From contig CAVZND010000013.1 in assembly GCA_963776545.1 (NCBI GenBank), positions 140,496 through 204,495 on the forward strand: a DNA stretch of 64,000 bases, given 5' to 3'. How positions within the stretch are numbered: position 1 is the first letter of the stretch; each line of letters begins with the position of its first letter. Shown here in pieces: positions 29,012-37,741 of the stretch. The notes under the pieces are model-generated. The model saw only the letters and a program-made list of their open reading frames with translations, did not search any database and was not told the DNA's origin. The DNA comes from an uncultured Chloroflexia bacterium. Its GTDB lineage: Bacteria > Chloroflexota > Limnocylindria > Limnocylindrales > CSP1-4. The position numbers and the translations under genes are program-made.

Positions 29012-29982
29012 GCCTCCGATGGTACAGACTCGTCCTCGTCGGCCGGCGGGAGCGCGAACCCGAGCACCGCCCGGGCCAGGCGCGCCCGACCGTCGGCGTC
29101 GGCCATGATCGTGTCGGTGACGAACGTCTGCAGCCCGAGCGCCGCGATCGACGGCTCGAGGGCGGCATCGACCTGGTCCAGGACGAAGCCATCCGCATAG
29201 CGGCCGAGCAACGCGGCGACGCCTCGTGCGCTCGATTCGTGGCCGAGCGAGGTGAGCATCCGGTCGGCGGGGCCCTTAAGGGCCTTGCCGCCGACGATGC
29301 CGCTCACCGCCACCACCGGCACGCCCCGCACGCGCGCCCGTCCGAGCAACTCGCCGACCGCCGGGACCGCCAGGATCGGCCCGAGCGAGACGATCGGGTT
29401 CGATGGCGCGATGACGATGACGTCGGCGTCGCCGATGGCCGTCCGCACTTCGGCGGTCGGGCGGGCCGCATCGAGACCCGCGTGGCGGACCTCGTGCACC
29501 TCCGGCGCCTGGTGGCGATGCACGAAGTACTCCTGGAACTCGAGCCAGCCCTCGTCGGTCCGGAGCTGGGTCCGAACCGGTTCATCGGCCATCGGCAGGA
29601 TCGTGCTCGGGATGCCGAGCGCCCGTTGCAGCTCGATGACAGCCTCGGTGAGCGACCGGCCCTCCCGGATCATGGCCGTTCGCGCGATATGTGTGGCGAA
29701 GTCACGGTCGCCCAGCCGGAACCAGGCCTCCTCGCCGTATCGCTCCAGCATCGCCATCGTCGTCCACGTCTCGTCGACGACGCCCCAGCCCCGTTCCTCG
29801 TCGAAGAGTCCCGCGAGCATGTACATGACCGAGTCGTGGTCGGGCATGACGAGCAGGCCGTGCCGCTCGACGTCGTCACCGGTATTGACGATGACCGTGA
29901 GCTCGCCGGGCTCGAGCGCCAGCTGGAGGCCGTGGGCGAGCTTTGCCCCACCCGTGCCGCCGGCGAGGGCGACGACCTTCAC
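29008..29982 (-). CDS. cofD: 2-phospho-L-lactate transferase
   Basis: VKVVALAGGTGGAKL N-terminus. GTG 29982 forms a GTGA overlap with the upstream LLM stop. The tracked 473-aa ORF has a 149-aa Arg/Pro-rich false extension. Confidence 0.9.
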   Translation of the reverse strand: MKVVALAGGTGGAKLAHGLQLALEPGELTVIVNTGDDVERHGLLVMPDHDSVMYMLAGLFDEERGWGVVDETWTTMAMLERYGEEAWFRLGDRDFATHIARTAMIREGRSLTEAVIELQRALGIPSTILPMADEPVRTQLRTDEGWLEFQEYFVHRHQAPEVHEVRHAGLDAARPTAEVRTAIGDADVIVIAPSNPIVSLGPILAVPAVGELLGRARVRGVPVVAVSGIVGGKALKGPADRMLTSLGHESSARGVAALLGRYADGFVLDQVDAALEPSIAALGLQTFVTDTIMADADGRARLARAVLGFALPPADEDESVPSEA

Positions 29983-30902
29983 GGTCGGAGCCGTTCCTGG
30001 ACGTCGGGCATCCGCTGGATGGTCTCCGGGTCGTACGGAGCGGGCATCCGGACGATGACCGTCTCGAAACCGAGATCCCGGTACGGGCGGATGGCGTCGG
30101 CCACCTCGGCCGGGCTCCCGAACAGGATCGGGCCGGCGCCCATCGAGTCGGTCCCGTTCTGGTCGAGCAGCGCCATGAATCGGTCCTCGGCCGCAGCCCG
30201 GTCGTCCCGCAGGATGATCGGGAAGCTGATGGTCTTCTCGATGCCGCCGATGTCGCGCCCGACGTCCGCCCCGTGAGCGGTCAGGATCTCGAGCTTGGCC
30301 CGGACCTCGTCGATCGTGCCCGATGTGTTCCAGGCGTCGGCTCGCTCGGCCACCGTGCGCAGCGTCTTCTTCGGCCCGGATCCACCGACGAGGATGGGCA
30401 GGTGCGCCTGGATCGGCCGCGGCTCGCACAGGGCGTCATGGAAGGTGTAGAAGCGGCCCTCGTGGCTGAAGCGCTCGCCGTCGAGGAGGCGGCGAAGGAG
30501 CATGACCGACTCGTCGAGGCGGTCGAGCCGCTCGCCGACCCCGGACGCGAAGTCGATTCCGAAGGCGTCGTGCTCACGCTCGAACCAGGCCCCGCCGATG
30601 CCCAGGACGGCACGACCGCCCGAGACGTGATCCAGGGTCGTGGCGAGCTTGGCGGTCAGGCCCGGGTTGCGGAACGTGTTCGCCCCGACCATCAGCCCGA
30701 GGCGGACCTTCGAGGTGATCGGGCCGAGGGCGGACAGCACGCTCCAGCCCTCGAAGATGGACTGCTCCCACGGCCCGAAGATCGCGAGCAGGTGGTCCCA
30801 CGTCCAGATCGAGTCCCAGCCGGCGTCCTCCGCCGATCGAGCCGCGTCGCGGAAGCTCGGCCAGTCCGTGTGCTGCGACCAGAGCTGGAGCCCGAACCGC
30901 AT
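29979..30902 (-). CDS. LLM-class F420/flavin-dependent oxidoreductase
   Basis: MRFGLQLWS N-terminus and a luciferase-like barrel pattern. It is co-operonic with the cof genes. Confidence 0.8.
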   Translation of the reverse strand: MRFGLQLWSQHTDWPSFRDAARSAEDAGWDSIWTWDHLLAIFGPWEQSIFEGWSVLSALGPITSKVRLGLMVGANTFRNPGLTAKLATTLDHVSGGRAVLGIGGAWFEREHDAFGIDFASGVGERLDRLDESVMLLRRLLDGERFSHEGRFYTFHDALCEPRPIQAHLPILVGGSGPKKTLRTVAERADAWNTSGTIDEVRAKLEILTAHGADVGRDIGGIEKTISFPIILRDDRAAAEDRFMALLDQNGTDSMGAGPILFGSPAEVADAIRPYRDLGFETVIVRMPAPYDPETIQRMPDVQERLRP

Positions 30903-30924
30903 CAGTCGGTCCCCGATCCGATGG

Positions 30925-31362
30925 TCATTCGAGGTGGTCGTGGAACGCGCTGGCGTGGACCCGGAAGCTGATCCGTTCCTGGCGCTGGAAGCGGTCGGTG
31001 ATCAGGCGCTCGGCTTCCTCGGGCTCATCGGCGTGATATCGGCGAGCCATGGCCGCGATATCGGCCTGGGCGGTCGGCTGGTCCGTCACCGGTTCGGCGA
31101 TGCCGGTGAGCCCGATCCAGCGGTAGCCGTCGGCCTCGTCGGCGACCGCCATCGAGATCCTCGGGTCGCGCAGGAGGTTGGCCGGCCAACGCCGTCCGAC
31201 GGCGCTGTTGATGATGAGCTCGTCGCCGTCGAACGTGTACCAGATGAGCGCCTGGCGCGGCGCGCCGTCGGGGTCGATCGTCGCGATCGTGGCGAAATGG
31301 AGCCCACTGGCGAGGAAGGTGCGAATGGCGTCCGAGGGGGCGACGACCGTGGTCGGGGTCAT
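30925..31362 (-). CDS. pyridoxamine 5'-phosphate oxidase (PPOX/FDOR) family protein
   Basis: 145-aa split-barrel pattern (ATIDPDGAPRQALIWY...INSAVGRRWPANL). ATG 31362 forms an ATGA overlap with the EAL gene stop. Confidence 0.75.
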   Translation of the reverse strand: MTPTTVVAPSDAIRTFLASGLHFATIATIDPDGAPRQALIWYTFDGDELIINSAVGRRWPANLLRDPRISMAVADEADGYRWIGLTGIAEPVTDQPTAQADIAAMARRYHADEPEEAERLITDRFQRQERISFRVHASAFHDHLE

Positions 31363-32555
31363 ACCCTCGATGGTACGCGAGCCGTCCGCCGCCTGGCCAT
31401 CTGGACCTTGCGGGCCCGGGCGGGCTCGGTGGACGGCTTGCCGAAGAGGTATCCCTGGCCGTAGTCGACCCCGAACTCGCGCAGCTTGGCGAGGTCCTTG
31501 CGGGTCTCGATCCCCTCGGCGACCAGCTTGGCGTTGATCCGCCGGCCGAAGGAGACGAACGCCTCGACCAGGGCCTGCTTCGCGTCGTCGGTGGCGACGC
31601 CGTGGGTGATGTCTCGATCGATCTTGATGACCGTCGGCCGGAGGGCCGCCACGAGTGCGAAGCTCGCGTAGCCGGCCCCTGCGTCGTCGACCGCGAAGCC
31701 GAAGCCGAGGCGACGCAGGGCCTTGACCTGGCGCTTGAGCGGACCGAGGTCCGAGACCGACTGCTGCTCGGTGCACTCGACCGTGATGCGAGATGGGGAG
31801 AGGCCGGCAGCCCGGACCATCTTGGCGAACGCCTTCGCCTCGAACGCCGGGTCGAGCAAGCTCGCGGGCGTGAAGTTGATCCCGAATCGGCGCGGCTCTT
31901 TGCCGGCCTCGCGCCCGGCGGCCTCGAGCTCGCCGGCTCGTTCGAGGATGGTCGCGATGATGAACAGGTCGAGCTCGATCGACCGTTCCGTGTAGATCGC
32001 GGCCGCGACGATCGACGAGATCGACTGGGGCAGCATCGGCATCTGCGGCCGGAACAGGCACTCGTACTCGTGCAACTCGAGCGTGTCCAGCTCGACGATC
32101 GGCTGGAAGGCGACCTGGTGGAGGGTCCGCAGGCTGAAGAAGTAGTCGAGCATCTTGGTCTGTACGACCATGCTCGACTGGGCCATGCCGATCCGATCGG
32201 CGAGGCCGCTGAGCTGGATCGCGGCCGAGGCGGCGATCAGGTACCGGTCGGACACGGGCAGCGTCCAGTCGACCATGACCAGGCCGTATTCCGGGTCGCG
32301 CGCTCCGTCCGCGATCTCCTTGACGAGGTTCTCGGTCAGGAGATGGGCCGGGGCGATCAGCACTGTCCCGGACTCGAGTTCCACGATCCGGGCACCCGCA
32401 ACGACCGAGGCCAGCCGGTTGGCGAACCGGATATCACGTGACCACAGGAGCCGCTCGGCCTCGGGCCGGCTTGCGTTGAACAGGCGCACTGGCCACCAAT
32501 CACTACATTGCGAACCGATGCCCTGGGTGCATCGCATCGCGAACCCGGCCATCAT
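31359..32555 (-). CDS. EAL-domain c-di-GMP phosphodiesterase with unassigned N-terminal domain
   Basis: C-terminal EAL domain with YECLFRP, INF, ECTE, DDAGAGYAS, KIDRD, EGIET and GQGYLFGKP. The N-terminal ~150 aa match no family I recognise. The start is uncertain: GC3 dips over 32490..32555 and GTG 32489 is an alternative. Confidence 0.85.
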   Translation of the reverse strand: MMAGFAMRCTQGIGSQCSDWWPVRLFNASRPEAERLLWSRDIRFANRLASVVAGARIVELESGTVLIAPAHLLTENLVKEIADGARDPEYGLVMVDWTLPVSDRYLIAASAAIQLSGLADRIGMAQSSMVVQTKMLDYFFSLRTLHQVAFQPIVELDTLELHEYECLFRPQMPMLPQSISSIVAAAIYTERSIELDLFIIATILERAGELEAAGREAGKEPRRFGINFTPASLLDPAFEAKAFAKMVRAAGLSPSRITVECTEQQSVSDLGPLKRQVKALRRLGFGFAVDDAGAGYASFALVAALRPTVIKIDRDITHGVATDDAKQALVEAFVSFGRRINAKLVAEGIETRKDLAKLREFGVDYGQGYLFGKPSTEPARARKVQMARRRTARVPSRV

Positions 32556-32643
32556 CCGCTTCCGGATCCGAACGCGGCCGGACCCGAGGGTCCCGGTCCT
32601 CGTGGGACGTTGGTACGGGTGCGGAGTGGGTGAGTGACGTCTA

Positions 32644-32682
32644 GTGCGCGGCCGAGCGGAAGCGGTCAGGTCGGCCGCGCAC
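32644..32682 (-). terminator. terminator-like hairpin with a perfect 12-bp stem (GTGCGCGGCCGA / TCGGCCGCGCAC) and a 15-nt loop
   Basis: It lies 16 nt downstream of the BtrH_N-like gene stop. There is no clear U-tract. Confidence 0.4.
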
Positions 32683-32697
32683 GTCTTCTCGAGCTGC

Positions 32698-34020
32698 CTA
32701 GGCAGTCACGGCACGCAACGCCTCAAGTGCGTCGCGCTCCATGGCGGCGATGGCATCGACGCGGACCACGAGGTCACCCATCAAGCCCGAGGTCTGGTCC
32801 GGCGTGAGCGGGAAGCTGTCCCGCATCGTCTCGCGGATCGTCGCGAGCTCGTCCCAGGCGGCGCGGACCTCGGGGAGTGCGGCGACGCCTCGCGCCTGGT
32901 ACGCGGTCGCTCGCACGTCCTGAAGCTCTCGCGTCCGGCGGAACGCCGGGACGGCGTCCACCAGGGCGTGCGCGGCGAGCTGGTCCCACCCGTGCGCGAT
33001 CGTCGATGGGGCGGCGGCGGCGGCATAACGCCCGGCGACCTCGGCCAGGCGCTGATCGCCCTGTCGTTCGGCGACCTCGGCCAGGCCACGCCCGAAGATG
33101 GTCCGCAGCAAGCCGCCGCCGGAGCCGGTCGTGCGGACGTACTCGTCGATCGCGGCCAGCGCGGACCACAGCCGCTCCCCGGGCGGGAAGACCGTCGCCC
33201 AGCCATCCCGGCCTGCGCCCCGCATCCGCGCCGACCAATCGGTCAGCGCCGCCAGCGAGAACTGCCTCGTCCGCGGATGGTCGAAGCCGTCGACCATCGC
33301 GGCCAGGCCGGCCCGTTCGGCCGCCCGGACGACCGCTGGGTCGGTGACTTGGCCGGCGTCGCCGACCAGCCAAAGCAAGCGGTGCTTCTGCTTCGAGATG
33401 CGGGCCCGGGCGCGCGCGAAGACATCGAGAGGGATCTCGATCGGGACCTCGGCGAGGTCGTCGATGACGACCACGCCTCGCGGGTCGTCGATGGTCCGGA
33501 CGACGACGACGTGGTAGCCGCCGCCCTCCCAGTCGGCCGGGTATCCGCGTGTCCCGAGGACCGCCGCGTCGACCCAGGCGACGACCGGCCGGCCGCCGTC
33601 GAGGGCGTCGCGGAGCTGCCTGTCGGCCAGCTTCGGGGACGAGGTCTCGGTCACGGTCGGTTCGAGGCCGAGCCGGCGGAGCCCCCCGGCGAGGAAGGCG
33701 AGGTCGTCGTCCCAGCGATGACGGCCCGCGAGGAAGAAGGTGCTGACCCCCTCGGCGGCATAGTGGAACTGGAAGACTCCGAGACCGATGCCGCCGCCGA
33801 TGACGAGCGCGTGCGACTCGGTGACGTCCAGCCCGACGTCGGCAAGGAGGATCCGGAGCGCGGAGGCCCCGGCGTTGGCGCCCGGGCCGGCCGCGGATCG
33901 GTCGATCGCGGTGGTCGCCCCGGTCGCGGCGACGACGTGGGCCCGCGCGGCCGCATAGCGCTCGCCGGTGCGCTCCATGCGCGCCCGGACGCGGGACTTC
34001 AGGTGCTTTCGGTCGGTCAT
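32698..34020 (-). CDS. BtrH_N-like / DUF4872-like protein
   Basis: ATG 34020 has GAGG 7 nt upstream. The N-terminus is a short basic helix (KHLKSRVRARMERTGERYAAARAHV), followed by a BtrH-N-like region and a long helical C-terminal domain. The family call comes from memory of the pattern only. Confidence 0.55.
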   Translation of the reverse strand: MTDRKHLKSRVRARMERTGERYAAARAHVVAATGATTAIDRSAAGPGANAGASALRILLADVGLDVTESHALVIGGGIGLGVFQFHYAAEGVSTFFLAGRHRWDDDLAFLAGGLRRLGLEPTVTETSSPKLADRQLRDALDGGRPVVAWVDAAVLGTRGYPADWEGGGYHVVVVRTIDDPRGVVVIDDLAEVPIEIPLDVFARARARISKQKHRLLWLVGDAGQVTDPAVVRAAERAGLAAMVDGFDHPRTRQFSLAALTDWSARMRGAGRDGWATVFPPGERLWSALAAIDEYVRTTGSGGGLLRTIFGRGLAEVAERQGDQRLAEVAGRYAAAAAPSTIAHGWDQLAAHALVDAVPAFRRTRELQDVRATAYQARGVAALPEVRAAWDELATIRETMRDSFPLTPDQTSGLMGDLVVRVDAIAAMERDALEALRAVTA

Positions 34021-34205
34021 CTCAAGCCTCGTTCCCGGCCGGCGGCCCATGTCCCACGCCCATCGGGCGCCACGGCCGTGCTGAACGGACGAGATGGCGC
34101 GCGATCGATCCGACCCGAGGACATCATCCCCTTTGCCTCCGCGGGGCCGGTCGCGTGGGGACCGACGAGGAGGTTCGGCGTGGGTCACGCTCTCCGGCGA
34201 TGCTA

Positions 34206-34760
34206 CTACGCGCTGTCCAGCCGGTAGCGGATCTCGTCGATCGGCGTGCCGTCGAAGTCGATCGTCGACCGGGCGCCGTCAGCGCGGAAGCCGGCCGCCT
34301 CATAGAACCGGCGGGCCACCGGGTTCGCCTCGAACACCCACACGACGATCGGGTCGAAGGTCCGCTCGCGGAGGTCTTCCACCGCGGCCACGAAGAGGGT
34401 TCGTCCGTACCCCTGGCCGCTCGCCCCGGGCGCAAGGTAGATCGCATAGACCTCCCCGGCGCCGTCCGGAGGTGGCGCGGATTCGTCGCGCCCCGGGCCG
34501 GATGCCGCGAAGCCGACGAGCTGGTCGTCCGCCTCGACGACCCACGTCCGCTCGGACACGGCCACCGAGCCCGCCGCAGGTTGGCGCTCCTGGCTCCCGA
34601 TGGTCTCGCGCCAGCCCGCGATCCGGCGCTCCATCGCGAGCCCGTCGAGGAACGCGTCGGGCACGAGGCCGCGATAGGTCGCCCGCCAGCTCCGGATGTG
34701 GATGTCGGCGATCGCCGTGGCGTCGTCAGCCGTGGCGAGCCGGACCCGCGCGTCGCTCAC
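34206..34760 (-). CDS. GNAT family N-acetyltransferase
   Basis: Acetyl-CoA-binding pattern (QGYGRTLF). GTG 34760 forms a GTGA overlap with the upstream gene. Confidence 0.8.
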   Translation of the reverse strand: MSDARVRLATADDATAIADIHIRSWRATYRGLVPDAFLDGLAMERRIAGWRETIGSQERQPAAGSVAVSERTWVVEADDQLVGFAASGPGRDESAPPPDGAGEVYAIYLAPGASGQGYGRTLFVAAVEDLRERTFDPIVVWVFEANPVARRFYEAAGFRADGARSTIDFDGTPIDEIRYRLDSA

Positions 34761-35425
34761 GCGAGGCGCTCGCCCGCGCGGATCGCGACATCGAGCCGGT
34801 TCTCCGGCGGCGCAAGCGGGCAGGCCCAGCGCGGGTCGAACGCGCACGAGGGCTGGAAGGCGAAGTTGAAGTCGAGGATCACGGTGCCGCTCGCGGGGTC
34901 GCCGCCGAGGTCGGCGCTCTTCGCGGCATCGACGAGGTAGCGGCCGGCCCCGTACGTCTCGACGCCGTTGGTCGCATCGCGGAACGGGATGAAGAGCCCT
35001 CCGGCGTAGCCCCCCATCCAGAACGCCGAGAGCCGCCGCGGACCCTCGGCGAGTGGCACGGTCACCGTTCCGACCCGGCTGAACGACAGCGTGTCGGCGC
35101 CGCTGTTCGGCAGCTGGAGCGCGAAGGCACCCGGCGCGGGTGGCGGCACGGGCTCGAGCGGCAGCTCGAACCGCAGACGCGGGTCGTGGTCGAAGTGACG
35201 GGCCGTGAACCCGGCACGCGCGTCGCGCGGCACCGGCGATTGGGGATGCTCGCGGAAGAGTCGCTCCCGGACGGCCCGCCAGTGGGCGACCGCCGCCTCA
35301 GGATCCTGGATCGCCATCGCCCGGACCTCGGCATAGAGTGCGGCGATCCGCCGACGCCAGTCGGCCAGCCAGAGTCGGTCGGCGACCGAGCCGTCGCCTT
35401 GCGACCAGTCGAGCGGGTCGGTCAC
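34757..35425 (-). CDS. DUF1684 domain protein
   Basis: Characteristic C-terminus NFAFQPSCAFDPRWACPLAPPENRL. GTG 35425 lies just downstream of the stop (35430) of the preceding gene. Confidence 0.7.
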   Translation of the reverse strand: MTDPLDWSQGDGSVADRLWLADWRRRIAALYAEVRAMAIQDPEAAVAHWRAVRERLFREHPQSPVPRDARAGFTARHFDHDPRLRFELPLEPVPPPAPGAFALQLPNSGADTLSFSRVGTVTVPLAEGPRRLSAFWMGGYAGGLFIPFRDATNGVETYGAGRYLVDAAKSADLGGDPASGTVILDFNFAFQPSCAFDPRWACPLAPPENRLDVAIRAGERLA

Positions 35426-35429
35426 CCGC

Positions 35430-35792
35430 TCAGCGGCGCTCGCGTCGCAAGGCCCCGAGCAGGACCGCGGCCCCGATGACGATGAGGATGACCGGCCAGA
35501 ACTGGCTCCAGCGGATGGTCGGCATGTCGAAGCCGAGCGTGCTGTCGAGGAAGAACCAGACCCCGAGTCCCAGGATGAACAGGCCGACGATGAGCGTCCA
35601 GATCCGTCCGCCGTCACCGCGGTCGCGCCGCTGCGGCGCGGCCCACGATCCCGCGGGCGTCGAAGGCGCCGCCGGCGGCGGGCCGCCGAACGTCGTATCG
35701 GCCGGGGCCGGCGGCGCGGTCGGAGCGCCCGGAGCCGCGTCCGGAGCGGGGGTCGTGACGCGGGTGGTCGGGTCGGGATTCGGTTCGTCCAT
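35430..35792 (-). CDS. small Pro/Ala-rich membrane protein (LiaF/DUF5668-like two-TM region)
   Basis: 120-aa protein with a disordered N-terminus and two TM helices (IWTLIVGLFILGLGVWFF, FWPVILIVIGAAVLL). It uses a different frame from the overlapping 361-aa tracked ORF. Confidence 0.55.
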   Translation of the reverse strand: MDEPNPDPTTRVTTPAPDAAPGAPTAPPAPADTTFGGPPPAAPSTPAGSWAAPQRRDRGDGGRIWTLIVGLFILGLGVWFFLDSTLGFDMPTIRWSQFWPVILIVIGAAVLLGALRRERR

Positions 35793-35858
35793 GGCCGTCC
35801 TCGGGGCTGTCGGGTCGGTGGCGTGCCGGCGATCTGCGCCATCGTAGCCCGGTCAGCC

Positions 35859-35864
35859 TAGAAT
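35859..35864 (+). promoter_or_regulatory. -10-like TAGAAT upstream of mtnP
   Basis: It is the only TANNNT-type hexamer in the AT-enriched part of the 148-bp divergent spacer. Confidence 0.3.
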
Positions 35865-35945
35865 CGGCCGACCGGCCGTGGTCGCCGGACGTCGGCGCGA
35901 TCGCCGGCCAGGAGCGCATCGGACAACGAGCGACGGAGGGTGAGC

Positions 35946-36794
35946 GTGGCGGACTCGGCGGAGATCGGCGTCTTCGGAGGCTCAGGGTTCTACTCGCTGC
36001 TCGAGGACGTACGCGAGGTCAAGATCGACACGCCGTACGGCGCGCCATCGGATTCGTTCTTCCTCGCCGACGTCGCCGGGCGGAAGGTCGCGTTCCTGCC
36101 GCGCCACGGGCGCCGCCACACGATCCCGCCGCACCGGATCAACTACCGCGCCAACGTCTGGGCGATGCGCTCGCTCGGGGTCAAGGCGGTCATCTCGCCG
36201 TGCGCCGCCGGCTCGCTCCAGCTCGCGGTCAAGCCGGGCGACTTCGTCGTGTGCGACCAGTTCGTGGACCGGACCTCGGGCCGGGCCGACACCTTCTACG
36301 ACGGTCCGATCGTGACCCACCTCTCGTCCGCCGACGTCTACGACCCGGTGCTCCGTCGGCTGGCCATCGACACGATCCGCGACCATCGCATCGAGGTCCA
36401 CGAGCGCGGGACCGTGGTGGTCATCCAAGGCCCGCGGTTCTCGACGAAGGCCGAGTCGAAGTGGTTCAGCGATGCCGGCTGGGAGGTCATCAACATGACC
36501 CAGTACCCCGAGGCGTGGCTGTGCCGCGAGATCGGGATGGCGGTGGTCAACATCAGCCTCATCACCGACTACGACGCCGGCGTCCACGAGGGCACCGATG
36601 CGGTCAATGCGACCGACGTCCTGGAGGTGTTCACGGCGAACGCGGAGCGGATCCAGCGGGTGGTGCTGGACCTCATCGGGCGGTTCCCCATCGGCCTCGA
36701 TGCGCTCGGCGCGCGGGCCGCCCTCGATCCGACCCGAGGCGACGGGCACACGATCGCGAAGGAGGACATCCGGCTCTTCGAGACCGAGCTGTGA
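35946..36794 (+). CDS. mtnP: S-methyl-5'-thioadenosine phosphorylase
   Basis: IGVFGGSGFY, FLPRHG and INYRAN motifs. GTG 35946 lies 6 nt after GGAGG; the tracked GTG 35940 abuts the SD. Confidence 0.9.
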   Translation: MADSAEIGVFGGSGFYSLLEDVREVKIDTPYGAPSDSFFLADVAGRKVAFLPRHGRRHTIPPHRINYRANVWAMRSLGVKAVISPCAAGSLQLAVKPGDFVVCDQFVDRTSGRADTFYDGPIVTHLSSADVYDPVLRRLAIDTIRDHRIEVHERGTVVVIQGPRFSTKAESKWFSDAGWEVINMTQYPEAWLCREIGMAVVNISLITDYDAGVHEGTDAVNATDVLEVFTANAERIQRVVLDLIGRFPIGLDALGARAALDPTRGDGHTIAKEDIRLFETEL

Positions 36795-37681
36795 GTTCGG
36801 CCGGCGCCCGGGCGGCAGGCGCCGGATCCGGAGTCCTCGGCCGGCCGTCCGGGCTGCCGATCGGCGTCACGCTCCGGACGATCCGGGCCGAGCCGCACTG
36901 GTGGCTCGAGAGCGCGCGACGGCTCGATGCGGCGGGCTATGCGGGCGTCTGGGCCTGGGACCACTTCATGGGCCGCGGCGATCTCACCGTGCCCGTCGTC
37001 GAGGGCTGGACGGCGCTCGCGATGGCCGCGGGCGCGACGTCCCGGATCGAGGTCGGCTCGTTCGTGCTCAACGTCATGAACCGGCACCCCGCGGTCGTCG
37101 CCCGGATGGCCTCGACCCTCCAGATCGCGAGTGGCGGTCGGCTCATCCTCGGCGTCGGGATCGGCGGCCACCCGAAGGAGCACGCGGCCTACGGCATCGA
37201 CTTCCCCGACGCCCCGGAACGGGTGGCGCGGCTGGAGGAGGCGGTCGAGGTGATCCGTGCGCTGTGGACGGGTGGACCCGTCACCCGGCCATCGCCCTGG
37301 TACCCGTTGGCCGATGCCTATGCCCATCCGGTCCCCGATCCGCCGCCGCCCATCGTCATCGGGGGTGAGACGGCGACGGGGGCGAGGCTGGCCGGGCGGA
37401 TCGGTGACGGCTGGACCGCATTCGACGACAACTTCGAGGCCAACCTGCCGCGCTACCTGGAGTCACTCGAGGCCAACGGCCGGCGACGCGAGGACCAGCG
37501 CGTCTTCGTCGGGTTCCAGGGCGAGTGGCTGTCGGACGAGACCCTGGACGAGTCGCCCTGGGTCCTTTCCCCGCGTGAGACCTGGGAGCGCTGGCGCGAG
37601 GCCGGTGCCGACGGCGCGATCGTGCTCGCCCGGACGACGGCCGACGTCGATGCCCTGGTGGAGGCGACCGGTCGCTGGTAG
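36791..37681 (+). CDS. LLM-class F420/flavin-dependent oxidoreductase
   Basis: LLM pattern (AGYAGVWAWDHF, GRLILGVGIGG). GTG 36791 forms a GTGA overlap with the mtnP stop. Confidence 0.75.
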   Translation: MSSAGARAAGAGSGVLGRPSGLPIGVTLRTIRAEPHWWLESARRLDAAGYAGVWAWDHFMGRGDLTVPVVEGWTALAMAAGATSRIEVGSFVLNVMNRHPAVVARMASTLQIASGGRLILGVGIGGHPKEHAAYGIDFPDAPERVARLEEAVEVIRALWTGGPVTRPSPWYPLADAYAHPVPDPPPPIVIGGETATGARLAGRIGDGWTAFDDNFEANLPRYLESLEANGRRREDQRVFVGFQGEWLSDETLDESPWVLSPRETWERWREAGADGAIVLARTTADVDALVEATGRW

Positions 37682-37741
37682 GGCGGCGGGCACGGGGCCT
37701 CGCCGCTCCGCCGTCTCGCGGTTTCGTGGCACCATCGGCTC

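Noticed and set aside
29983-30429. N-terminal extensions of tracked ORFs. Examples are cofD 473 aa, the PPOX ORF 30925..32061, aceE from 42907, the kinase 51192..53522, LLM 23608..24660, and the MFS, peptidase-like and GNAT genes.
   Set aside because: The track uses the longest ATG/GTG/TTG start. The extensions are Arg/Pro-rich and overlap neighbouring genes. Internal starts give canonical family N-termini and 4-nt stop/start overlaps or SDs.
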